In this document: piece after piece, positions 53,220 to 64,000 of the stretch
Layout: the number at the start of each line of letters is the position of its first letter
Position numbering within the stretch: the stretch's first letter is position 1
Source of the DNA: Raillietiella orientalis
Lineage: Eukaryota
Direction: 5' to 3'
Assembly (NCBI GenBank): GCA_036172245.1
Contig: JAYWIR010000017.1
Span: forward strand, 2,852,001-2,916,000
Length of the DNA: 64,000 nt
Translations under genes and position numbers: made by a program
The notes under the pieces: model-generated
What the model saw: the letters and a program-made list of their open reading frames with translations, nothing else
Told to the model about the DNA's origin: nothing
Databases searched by the model: none

Positions 53220-53860
53220 ACGTGTTCAGCAGGAGAGAGATGCAGGGGCTGTGCTGCCGAGGGGTTCTCCACTGATTCGCGAATCGAGACGAGTTTGCCG
53301 TGTCGCGCTTTCCGTGGGTCCCCTCCCAGCTGGTTTTCGTCCCCCTCTTCTCCCCTTCGTCCCGTTTTGGAGCTTCTGAAACGGCCTCGTCGGACGCCTC
53401 GAGGCTGCTCAGGTCTCCGCAAGTGGCACCACCAAGCGTCGCGGGTTCGAACGCTTGGCACGAATCGACGACGAGAGATGGGGGGTGCGTCGCAGGTTCG
53501 AGTTCTTCCCGCAAGATGACGCTGGTTAGCCTGCAGGTTTCGGGTACGGCATTGGTATCGGTTAAAGCGGATGCCCCTGATGGGTGGCGGGGATTGGAAG
53601 TCGACCTCCGGGTCCATCCAGGAATCGAGTAGAAGGGTTCCCCTCTGGTTGTGCAAAGGAGGGGACCCCCATTCTGGGGGACCCTCCGTGTCGTACCGTG
53701 GAGTACGTAGGTGTGTCTCCACCTCTCCAGAGAGTGCAGAGAAGCGTGCCGCTCCTTTCGGGGAGCCCCGCCCTTCCGAGAAATTTCGAAAGCGTCCCTC
53801 CGGGGTTCTCTTCGGGGGAGGAGTAAACAAAGCGGTTCCCTTGCGGTTTCCCTCCGGAGT
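53220..53860 (+). mobile_element. Tx1-type ORF1 fragment with module copy (53400-53860)
   Basis: SRFPWVPSQL...LFS resembles HKVPWLVS...LFS of ORF 61356-61784; module homology. Confidence 0.65.
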
Positions 53861-53861
53861 T

Positions 53862-54160
53862 GCCACCCGGTCACGCCGGGGTGTTTATTAATTACAATAA
53901 ACTTACAACATTCGTGGTACGAGGCCCCCACTACCTCCAACTCAACCATGGACCTGCAGAGTCGTCGGTACGCAGGTCATCTGCGGGCTCACCTCGGCAG
54001 CGGAGGGGGAATGGGAGAAAACAAAAAACAAAGAAAAAATAAATGAAAACACTTGGGAGGGGTGGAAAGGGGTCACTGCCCGCTGGAGGGAGTCTGCATC
54101 CGTTCCCGGATGCCAGCAGGGTCCGTCCGAATAATCCCTAGGTGGGGCCTGCCCACGCTG
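53862..54160 (-). mobile_element. Tx1-type LINE 3' end
   Basis: RPHLGIIRTDPAGIRERM, family 3' UTR, aataaacaccccggcgtgaccgggtg terminus. Confidence 0.75.
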
Positions 54161-55262
54161 GCCAGGAAAAACGGCTGGATCTTCTGCTGTCCTATGAACG
54201 GTAGTGCCTGGTTGCAGGGAACCGTTCTTACGTGGGCGAGGATCCAGGAGCCAAGCGCAGAACAGGTGCGACGCTTCCTGTACGCGAGCAACAGCAACTG
54301 AATGTTCTGGGAGATCCTGGAATATCCCATGAAGACTGCATGGCAAGCAGAACCTCCCTCGCTGCCGCGCTGCTCTCCCTCAGGGAGCACATGGACAGCA
54401 GCCTTACGGCTAGATGGGAGGCTACTATGAAAATCTCCGAAGGGACAAAAAGACTGAGCGAGTGACGACGGGCCAGATCATCGATCGCAGCGAATCCAAG
54501 TGCTCGGCCTCATGGACTTTTGCACTGGGGCTGCTACTGGGTATTCCGGAAAAAGACCTGCAGTGGCCCCCGGCGCTCACAAACACTCGTACCCTTTCCT
54601 TAAAGTGGCTGAAGTCGGCGTTAATGCTGCTGCACTGGGGCCTAGCATCATAGCACATGGGAGGGAGGGGTGGATCCAAACTGTGCAAGGTACGGGGAGA
54701 GGGAATCCTTCCCGCACCTCCTAGTGGACTGTGTTTCCCTCTGACCCCTTTGGGGACGCTTTGCAGCTACCTTTGGAATCCTCCACGCCAACGCCAGAGA
54801 CTTCAAAGAGCCTTTTCCTGTGCGACACCCTCACGCTGGCCGCATCTCTAGCAGCGCCTCCGCGGGATTGTGGCTGTATGGAGCAAAACCAGAGGAGGCC
54901 AAACGACAGGGGTGTCATCTATTTTGCTGTCCTCTTCATGAGGATAGCATCAAGATGACCCCATTTGGGAGTCTTGAAGCAGGAACTTTCCGGCATCCTT
55001 ATAGAGTTGCACAGGAAATACACCCTTCAGCACACAGTGATCTCTTCCTGAATCCCCCGTTTTTTGACTGTATGCTTTTTGTTTTATTTTTTTTCTTTTT
55101 GTTTGTCCCCCTCCCTCTCTGTCGCCTAGGCGAACCCTGCTGGCCTGCGTGCCAGTTCCCGGAAGGTTTCTTCTCGTAGTTATAAGTAACGTGTTAGAAT
55201 CAAACGTCCTGCCACAAACATGGATGTTCATTTTATAGATAAAGGGCGTGACCGGGTGTCAG
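54160..55262 (+). mobile_element. Tx1-type LINE thumb, zf-RVT and 3' end
   Basis: NGSAWLQG, LLGIPEKDLQW...SALMLLHWG, FMRIASR*PHLG, 3' UTR stem at 55140-55155, terminus ggcgtgaccgggtg. Confidence 0.8.
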
Positions 55263-56050
55263 CCAGGTGGCTTCATATGGCCGCTATCCGCAAAAAGCGA
55301 ACTGTGAAGTGGATAGCGTCCCTTTAGCTTCGTCCTCGTTCTTTGGCTGCGGTCCCCGCCACCACAATCCCATGGACACAGCAGAGTGTTGCCATGGATG
55401 CGACTGGCTGCAGGGCACCTCGCACAAAGATTAGTTGCACAACGTCCCCGGGGTTGCCTCCGGGGGTTCCCAGGGTTGTTTCAAAACGTTCTCACAGGTG
55501 CCGGAGAGCAACACAGTCGACAATCAGGCACAGGAGAGATTCTTGTCCCCCACACCTGCCACAGTCTGGGCTCAGCCTCCCCAGCGTCCAGTGGTATCGG
55601 CGCGCGTTGCAGGAGAACCCCAGTGCAGCAACAGAAGAGCCGACTCCTGCCATTCCAGGGGGAGGGCGCTCGTGTCATTCAGCGCTCAGAGCCACTCTGG
55701 GTCTTCGGTTAGAATGCCAAGCAGCTCGCCCTAGTGCTGTAATCCTTATGGAATGATATTCGGGGTCGCTGCTTCTGCCAGCTGTCCCGTGGTCCAGCCA
55801 CTCATCAGCTTCTTCCTGCCTGCCATCTCGCAGGAGCCTTCCCACCGCGGCCTTCGGCTGTTGCCAAGTGTCCTCAAAAAAATGCAGCGTTGCAGCGAGG
55901 GTGGTTGTCTCTGTCTACGTGCTTCTTACAGGACACTCCAGGACCTTCCGGAGCGAGCAGCGGGCATGGTTGCTGAGACACAGGAAGCTCCACCTCTCAT
56001 TTCTCCTCTCATAAATCTTCATTCACGAGCCAACCGTTTCTTCTAGCCAA
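55263..56050 (-). mobile_element. Tx1-type LINE thumb and zf-RVT copy, tail-to-tail with the previous copy
   Basis: GELLGIL...LPLEWQESALLLLHWG and FLRIAAI*SHL. Confidence 0.75.
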
Positions 56051-56064
56051 GCGCCAGAGTTGGT

Positions 56065-56270
56065 GGTTCTCTTCGGAGAAGAAATTCCTGATGGCGGATC
56101 CTTTCCGGACTTCCTTCGAGGAAGGAAAATGGAGCGGGCCCCTCCGGGGTTCCCTTCGGAGATAAGCAGGATGGAGGTGATCTATATTTCCGGGGATCCC
56201 TACCCGGCGGTGAGAGGAACGGACTCCGATCTCTTCCTAGATTCATAGGGCGGTCCCCTCCCGGAGTACT
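56065..56270 (+). repeat. 3' half of the GC-rich module, opposite in orientation to its neighbours
   Basis: Matches 33205-33430 and 12433-12657. Confidence 0.8.
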
Positions 56271-57450
56271 CCCTGTCATGATCTTGGGCTCTTCTTGGGT
56301 CATCCGGAAACGAGGGACATCCTCGTGAGGTGATCCTTCGGGGTCAGCCATGCTCCTGCTGAAACCACGATTCCCTCCGCCTTGGTTCTTGCACTGTGAG
56401 CCACCACCATCGGAGAAAATGGTGGTAGGGGAGCAGATCGGGACTGTCTTCCCATCCCGGTGCAGAGCCGCAGGCGGTACCCTAGCGGAAGGCTCCAGAG
56501 GCGGAGCGCCCTGCTCGACCTCATCCGGAGAGGCAACCGGAGGGAGTCTCCGCCTTCCCTTCGGTGGGGGCGGAGCTGCAGCTTCGTGGTTGGTGTAAGG
56601 CGAGGAGGGCGACCCCCTCCACCTGCCCTCTCTTCCGTCCCCCCATCTCCCTCCAGTGCGTGCAGGTGCGGGGAGCACAACCTCAGGTTCGAGGTCTCCG
56701 CTAGAGGTCAGGGCGCCGGCGCTCCGGGTCTCGGAGCGAGCAGCTTCCGAGCCCAGGGTCTGCAGCCTCCTGCACGCGCCCTCTGGTGAATCTCGGAGGA
56801 TGATGCTCCTCCCCACCTCCACTCTTTTCCTCCGAGTCATCTCGCCTTCCCCTTCCTTTACTGTCAGGTCGCAGTCCCGGACCCAGCCCGCGGTGTCATC
56901 TCTTCCCGACCTTTTCGAGCGCGGCAGCGTTGGAAGTCCCGTCCAAGAAGGGGGGAGCGCCGCGCGCTCTCTATCCCGAGGCGCAAAGCGCTCTTCCGAA
57001 GGGAGAGACTCCTCGACCGTGTGAGAAGTCGAGGAAAGGAGTGGGGCAAAGCAATTTGGCGACGCTCCCAGAGGGGCCGTGTCCGGGACCTCTTCCTTTT
57101 CCTGCGGGGCCACCTCCGTGCAGCGGACCCACGCTTTTCGTTCTTCCTCCCTTCCGGAATTGGTCCGCTCGCCCCGAGGTTAAATGAGATTAGCGCCGTC
57201 ATTCCGCTGGTTTCCTTTCCGGATCCTGGATCACGTTCTCGGAAGAGAGAGACAAAGAAGAGGGGATGGCAACCTCAGGGAACGATCGCCGCGGTCGTTC
57301 CCTGGGAAATTTTTTCTTTCGCCTTCTTTTAGCGAGCAGGAGAGCGTCCCGGAAAGAGGAGGCGCGGGAGAGGTCGAACGTGCTGCCGCCGAGGCTATTC
57401 TGCCTTCGAGGGAAGCGTCTCCCCGCGCTCTCACTGCTCCTTGCTGGTGG
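56270..57450 (-). mobile_element. ORF1-like low-complexity region of a Tx1-type LINE
   Basis: ORF 56043-57113 has NCFAPL and GRDDTAGWV, the latter matching GRNDTEGWV of the 51.5 kb copy. Confidence 0.5.
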
Positions 57451-57469
57451 AGTAGACCCGGGCACCGGA

Positions 57470-60400
57470 TGTGAACTTGGGAAAGTGCCCTTAAACCCGC
57501 ACCCGAAACCTTCAGCGTGGGATCGTTGCCGGTCCAGAGGTCTCGGACGCTTTCGTCTTTCCTCGGGGAGGACATCCAGAAGCTTCCAGGAGTCGGAGAG
57601 GGCTGGAGGGAGCTGCGAGCTCGACCGGGAAGACGCGTGCCGGAGGGCCGACCAATGGCAGAGGGTAGACCGCTTCGTGCGCACTCTTAGCTCGGAGTAG
57701 CGGTAGACAGCGCCCGCCAGCGCATTCGGAGTCGGGGTCAAGGTCGTCCGGACCTTCTGGAGGCGCCAGGTGTGTCTACGCGCCGGATCGCGAGCTCTCG
57801 GCCAGGTAGTCCCGGCAGACAGGTGGGCCGACTTCCGGGAAGAACCGCTGCGATTGCCGGAAGAAAGCAGCAGAAAGGTATTCCCCGCAAATCTGGGATT
57901 TGCAGGAAACTCTTCAGCCGGTTGCCTGCCCTTGACCTATCGACCCAGCAGTTCCATCCTTCTTCCCGTCTTCCTTGTCTTCCTCGTCGGAAAACAACGG
58001 TTTTTCCCGAGGCTCCCTGGTGCAGCGCACGTCCCGCTGCCTGCTCATAGGGATCGGCTCCCTTTAGAACATGGTAGTCGGCTGCACTCCCGAGGGAGAT
58101 CACGTGCCCTCAGCGATCTCTTCAGAGTCGTCCCCCTCGGGCGAAGCTCCAACACGAGTGCGTTGGGATCGACCTGTCCCTAACGCACCCGTGTCCACAG
58201 GAGGGGAATGGCTTCTGGCAGAGAGCTGCAGGTTTCAGGAAGATCTCTGACACTTTTCCTCCCCCCTCACATGGAGCCGACCCGCGATATGAGTTGCTCC
58301 TCCCATCCCAGCGGGCCGATCCCGGCTTCCCTCCACTCCTACCTTGCCTGCCTTGAATCCTGGCTTCCGAATGCTAAGTAGTCCCACCCATCCCTTTCTT
58401 CTCTGAGGCGGGTTACCTGGGGGACTGCGAGGGAGAGACACGCCTTGGCATAGCACAGCACGAGTGAGGAGCAGCAGAGGGAGCAGCCACTCAGAATAGG
58501 CCCCTCATATCTTCGGAAGGAAAGTCCAGGCTTCACGGCGGCGCCATGTCTGCGTGCCGTCAGATCGGGACCCGGACGGCCCAGGAGCGAGGCTGGGATA
58601 AAGCTCTTCCTGTAGACCAGCGATCCTACATCCAAGCGCTAATGGACTTGTAAGATTCGGATCCAAGGCCTTGCTACTGGACCCTCATTGGTGCCCCATA
58701 CGCGCGCCCACCGCGGCGTTGCCCTTGTCGAAGAGGCTGCGAGATCCGCCGGGAGGTGTTCCGGCGAGAGGGAGGACAGGTGCATGCTTTTCCGGATCAT
58801 CGGCAGACCAGTAGGAGAAGAAGTGGTTGATGATGAAGGAGGTACGGAGTGATGAGAGCGGTCTCCAGCCCCGGAAAGCTACCTCCCGTTATCGGACTGT
58901 CTCCACTTCCATGACTACCTGGGCGAACTGTTTGACCGGGGGTGAATCCAATCAAAGCCGGATCTTTGCAAGAGCGGTGGCAACGGTGGACCGCAGAATC
59001 GTCCCAATGGCAACGGTAGAGAAGGAGGGGAGGAAGCAAGGGAGTCGAGTCTTCGTTCCTGCCTGGCGCCGGGAACATCCTATAACGAGGAGCGGATGTC
59101 CACCCATAACAACACCAAGCAGGCTATAGAAGGAAACGTCCGAGCCCGAAAGTGGGGCAGCCAGCGGGAATGCCTCGACCCCTACTCAATCTACTCGAGA
59201 CCAATCACTTCCCTGCTTCAAGCTGCTGGCTTCTCCGGATCCAGCTCAGGATGCATCAGCGGACTAGGCGCGATACAGATCCGGAAGCAGATGGAAGCTG
59301 CAAGAGGCCAGAGGAATTCAGGCGAGTGGGACGCTCGGGAAGAAGGCGCCCAGGATAGCATGGAGGATCCGGAACGCACCGCAGGGGAGATAATGCAGCC
59401 AGATTGGCCTGTGTTCCCATCACAACCGCGGTTTGCAGGGAGTAGAAGAGAAAACGGTTTCTGTCATGGTCCAGGAAGCCACAAACCCCCAGGGGATCGA
59501 GAGAGTCATGCGCGAGCGAGAAGGGCAATCTCCTCCAGTCCAAAGTGCAATTCGACTGCATAGACTCCCCTGATCTCGAAGCACTCCGGAATGAGGGAAA
59601 ACCATGCCGTGATCTGGGCGGTCTCGGGCTACCGTTCGCTTCCCGCTCATCCCTGGTCAACGCCTTCGGTTCTTCGACTGCGCTTTTCTTCTCGCAAGGG
59701 GATTTAACCTTCTGCCTTCAGGACAACGCTCCCCAGGGACGGCGCTCGTCGCTGCCAGATGGGGCGGAGAACCACCGGGTCACATCCTCGACAGATGTGC
59801 CAGAGAGCGAGCCGCGAGCGCGGACAGGCACGACGAACCGGTGACCATGTCAAGAGGGGTTACTTGGAAACTCCGAAAACCGATCCCAGGGACAGCCTCC
59901 GAGCTGTTGCAGGCCCCGGGACGAAGTGAAAGCATCGTCGACGTGCCGGAGGTAGTGTCCAATATGTCACGGCTCCAAACGATGCCCACAATCCTGAGAG
60001 CTGTCGTGGGAGCTCTGGAATGTGGCGCTGAGGGAGTCTCCGATCCCAAAAAGGCGTGCGGATCGGATCGGAAGGGAACGGGCGCGCTCGCACTGGTAGC
60101 ATTCCCGGGTCGTGTCTCGTAAAGTCCGTAATAACAGGAACACTTTAAGGAAAACAACGGGAAGAAGTCGAAGCGGGGAAAAAGAGAGCTTTGATGGCCG
60201 GGTAGGTGGTCTCCCTTCTTCCTGGATGCCGATGCCTCTAGGGATTTCTGTGTGACCTTTTCGAAATCTCCGGGACGAGATCGGCCCCATGAATGCTCTA
60301 CGGGGCAGCATCATGCGCTGCCGAGATGTCCGGGAGCCTGCTGGAGCGCTACCTGAAGGGGAAGGAAGGCTGGAGCGCAGCGATTCGACCTCGCTTCCTG

Positions 60401-63400
60401 CGTCCACAGCTTCTGACGCGGAAGGGAGGCATCCCGTGCCCTGACGAATCGCCGGCCCATACCGCATCTCGCGCAACACTATGCGGGGGTGGCCGTGCGG
60501 ATACGTTGTGATGCAACCTGCGTCTCATCAAGACCGTGGATCCCGAGGCACTGAGGCACCGCAGATGTCCCATCCCACTGTGGCAACCGCGCCAGCTGCA
60601 GGACCCATGAATGACATGGCTCGGCGAGGATAGAGAAAAATACTGCGTTTATTTCTAGGAGATGAGTTTGTTCGTCCCGCCCACACGCAGCGAACGCTCT
60701 CGTTTCTGCCTCCACGATCGACGGGTGGCTGAGGCGAATTTATCTTCCGTAAAAACACGGTGGGCAGACATCTGGAAGCAAACCCAGCGCGAGTGGAACC
60801 GTGAGCGGGTTTCCCCAACGACTCACTTGACTAGAAAGTGGTTGTTTCTTCAGGGGACAGGGGGAACGTCTCCAAGGAAACGGTTTCGGTGGGAAATTTC
60901 TACTATTTACAGTTAAAATCAGACGGGGGATTCGCTGCAGGGTATCATGGATTCCATCCCTTCTGGTGGAATCCTCGTTTGGAGCCTAACGGATACGTCC
61001 GTCGGCTGCGAGGGTTTCTCCGAGCTGTTGCACAGACCGTTGCACCTCTGCAAGATGTTGTCGACCGCACGGTACAGGAAGAGATAATCGTCCTGGAAAC
61101 GGGAACAAAAGTTTTCCTCCCTTCGGAGGCAGGTCGCCTCCGATCAGTTTCCTCCTACCTGAGACTTCCAGACGCACGGGCGGCTCGAGTGGTACAACTT
61201 CGAGTACATGTACACATCTACGTGCTTTTCTTCGTTCAGCTGCTTCAACAGAGTCATGAGGCAGGCGAAGGTCGCTGCCTCCGTGCCTCCGTACCTGAAG
61301 CCTCATTTCGTTTCCCCCTTTCTCTTGCGACGCCCTGCTCAGTGGGCACCATCACTCACCGGTCCACGATGACAATCGGTCCATTCTGATAGTGCAGGTA
61401 GCTGTCCTGCACTACTCTGATCAAACTGAACAACGACGAGATGTTGGATGAGACCAGCCAAGGTACTTTGTGTATCATCCGCACATTCAGCTCGTAGTCA
61501 TCCTGAAGGGACTGCATCGTGAAATCTCTTATGGCGTACGAAGACTGCAGTCTCTCTTCGCTGAAGACCACTTTGTAGTGGTCTCCTTCAAAGTCAGCGT
61601 ATTTCGTAGGCCAGAACTGAGGGTAACTCTGGAAAACATGATGCAGACTGTCAGTCGTAACGAAGGAGACCGAACGGTGGTGCGCAAACGGCACTCTCGG
61701 GCTTGAAGGTGAAATCCGCAGCGAGGAGGAACGCTCCTTGCGCTGCAGAACTGCCAAGATGCCTTTGTCGACCAGAAGTCTCATCTACTCTGGAGGAAAG
61801 GGGGAAGGGGGGGGAATAGATCCAGCACAGCTACTGTTGCTGATTAAATGAAGAGCAGCGTGATTACTACCATAACGAAAAATCATTGGCAACTGTTCAT
61901 CAGCGGGACTGAATCTTTTCCAGCCTCCCCACGCCACTGCAGCTTGGGTACTCCATCCCCCACGAGAGTTCCTGATCTCGTTTGGCGCTCCATACGTGAA
62001 ACAGAACACGGAAGAACAACAAAACAGGGGAAGAGCAAACTGGCATCACTGTGCCTCATTCTAGAAACAAATCCCAATGGCGGGAAAGGGCCCGAGGAAG
62101 AAGATTTGGATGCAGGCATCCTGACCACGATTTGACGGAAAACTGCATCCGTGATGAGTCGCGATGAAGCTCGATTTGGTTCCCCCTCCCACCTGCATCA
62201 CAGGTTTTTTTTTTTTTTTGTTACATCACCTGTTGAGCGACTTTCGTCGAAGACCAGTGTTACCATCACACACATGCCACGAATCAGCGACGTCGCTCAC
62301 GTCAGGCAGCAAAGGGGTGTATCCGTGGGCGTCTTTCGAAACTGCCCTTTTTTTTACTTTCAGCATGTCTGCACCTCCGGTGATAAATAAATTGAAGGTG
62401 CCCGCGGAGTATCGATGACGAAAGATGGGGTGTTCTCTCGGAACCCCCCGCATGCATCACTGCATGAAAGCCTCGAGATGGAAGGAAAAGCGAAAACGGG
62501 TGGGTTCCTGCCGAAGGACCCTTCTCCCTATAGATGGTTCGGAGCAGGAAGACCACGATGGCCAAGGCAACCTTTCGCTTTTGCTGGGGTGAAGACAGCC
62601 GGAACGGTGGAAGAAGAACCCTCCACGGGAATTCACGCGGCACGTCAGCAGCAGCGACCAGCTCCATCCGCCTGCGCAGGCAACGCTCCTTTTCCATCCC
62701 TCACCGTCCAAGGGGACGCAGCGAGTCGACTGTCGCGGCAAGTTCTTGCTCGGAGCATCCGGAGATTCCGTCGATCCCAGCCTACGTACGTCCCCCTTCT
62801 CCCGAGGCAAGAGTTCCTCGACCTGCTTGACGTATTTCTTCCGGAAAGCAGGGTCAGACGGGATTTGGGAAGGGGGAAGGGACGTTAAAGGATAAGGAAA
62901 ATCAAGAAATCGAATCACAAGTTTATCTTCCCTCTGGAGACGGAGCGTGTCGAGGGAAAGAGCGACTTCGCGGTTTCCGGTTCTAAGATCGAGGGTCGCT
63001 GATGGTCTCGACGAAGGTCCGGCAAGGCGCGGCAGGGAAGACACGGGACTTGGCGGGGTATTTCTCCTTTTTTTTTTTCCCTGGAGGATTCCTCCCAAAG
63101 CAACTAAATGTTTGCTCCGGTCCCCGAAGCACTCTGTCCCCCATTTTCATTTCGCGGGATGTTTCCCGTTTGAGAGGAGAGAGTTTGCTCTCGCTTGCGG
63201 CGAACAGACCGCATCTGTCCCTCGCACCTCTGTTGGCACTGCTGCAATGGATCGTCGCCACCTGCCAGAGCTCTTTCGCGCTGGGGCCCCCTTTATGCGT
63301 CCTGGGTTCCCTCTCGACCGAAGCAGTTTGCTCTTGACTTGCGGCAGAGCAGCGTTGCTGAGACAGGAGGAAGCCGTCCTGGGCGATGCGTTGCCTGCAG

Positions 63401-64000
63401 ATAAACGAGCGAAAAAGGATAACCGGGGATGAATAAAGTCGACAAATCCTCTTCCCCCTCTTTCCAGCGCCGGATTTCAGGTGCGCCAGAAGGGAGAGAC
63501 AGAGCGTGAGAGAATACATTGGTTGGCGCCCGTCGTAGATTCAACAGTTAGAGAACGGGATCGTATCCATGGAGATGAGCAGGTGAAAAAAACGCATTGC
63601 GTCCATAGAAAAAACTGGACTTCTCGCCTGGAACGAGGTCTTCCAGCTCCCGGTCTTCATGGAAGTGCAAGCTCGTCTCGAAATCCCGATGCCCGCGCAC
63701 CTCTCAGCTCCAGTGGCTGCAGATTCGTCTCGCAAAGTGTTCAATCCTCGCTCCTGACAACTGGCTCCCGTTCCACCCAGATTTCGAATGCGCTGATCTT
63801 GCCTCGGGGGGGGGGGGAGGGGGATGCTTGTGCTGAATTGCACGGAGTACAGGTGTGAGACAGCCTTGACCTTTCACCTCGAAAGACCTCACGTGTCTTC
63901 TGCAATGCGTCCTTGTGTGACTCCGCCAGCACGCTCCTATCGGGAAGCCGAATTTTCGGAAAGTGCGAGAAAGTTCTATGCAGAGGCGAGCCCTGTCACT
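57470..64000 (-). mobile_element. Long decayed Tx1-type LINE (upstream ORF, ORF1, EN, RT), possibly continuing past the window edge
   Basis: In order on the minus strand: ORF 62457-63098, ORF1-like 61356-61784, EQTHL (LQETH-like) near 60660, RPGPD near 58575, GCVRDRSI near 58180, YSELRVRTKRS (SGLxINxxKS-like) near 57690. Heavily frameshifted. Confidence 0.6.

Noticed and set aside
53425..53510. tRNA-derived SINE head (two GGTTCGA B-box-like words, tRNA-Ile-like) in the module
   Set aside because: No A-box or cloverleaf; differences between copies fall largely at third codon positions of VxGSN, favouring coding sequence.
52702..53949. 415-aa ORF (and 279-aa ORF 51888-52727) as real genes
   Set aside because: They cross fragments of opposite orientation and are mostly antisense to the GC-rich module.
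55760..55810. Hammerhead-like CUGAUGA plus gtgg/ccac stem on the minus strand
   Set aside because: GAAA is GGGA, there is no NUH site or stem I, and it lies in ORF2 coding sequence.

Overview
Eukaryotic (animal) genomic DNA, AT-rich at the left and increasingly GC-rich to the right. Very short (41-51 nt) introns suggest a compact invertebrate genome, possibly nematode-like (inference; species unknown). Three spliced host genes lie on the minus strand: the first coding exon of casein kinase I delta/epsilon (rest not found in the window), a complete 10-exon MICAL-like gene (CH-LIM-NPF-bMERB, 563 aa) and UBE2W. Much of the rest is decayed transposons: a multi-copy L1/Tx1-type non-LTR family forming a dense bidirectional nest at about 48.9-64 kb, NeSL/Utopia-type RLE non-LTR remnants, hAT and pogo/Tigger transposase remnants, and MITEs. 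The most notable signals are two sense fragments of the U2 snRNA 5' end embedded inside Tx1-type copies, a hairpin-rich ORF1/ORF2-junction module in about 8 full or partial copies, and a covarying 3' UTR stem-loop plus terminal hairpin in place of a poly(A) tail. Translations and alignments were done by eye, transposon boundaries are approximate, and no database search was run.
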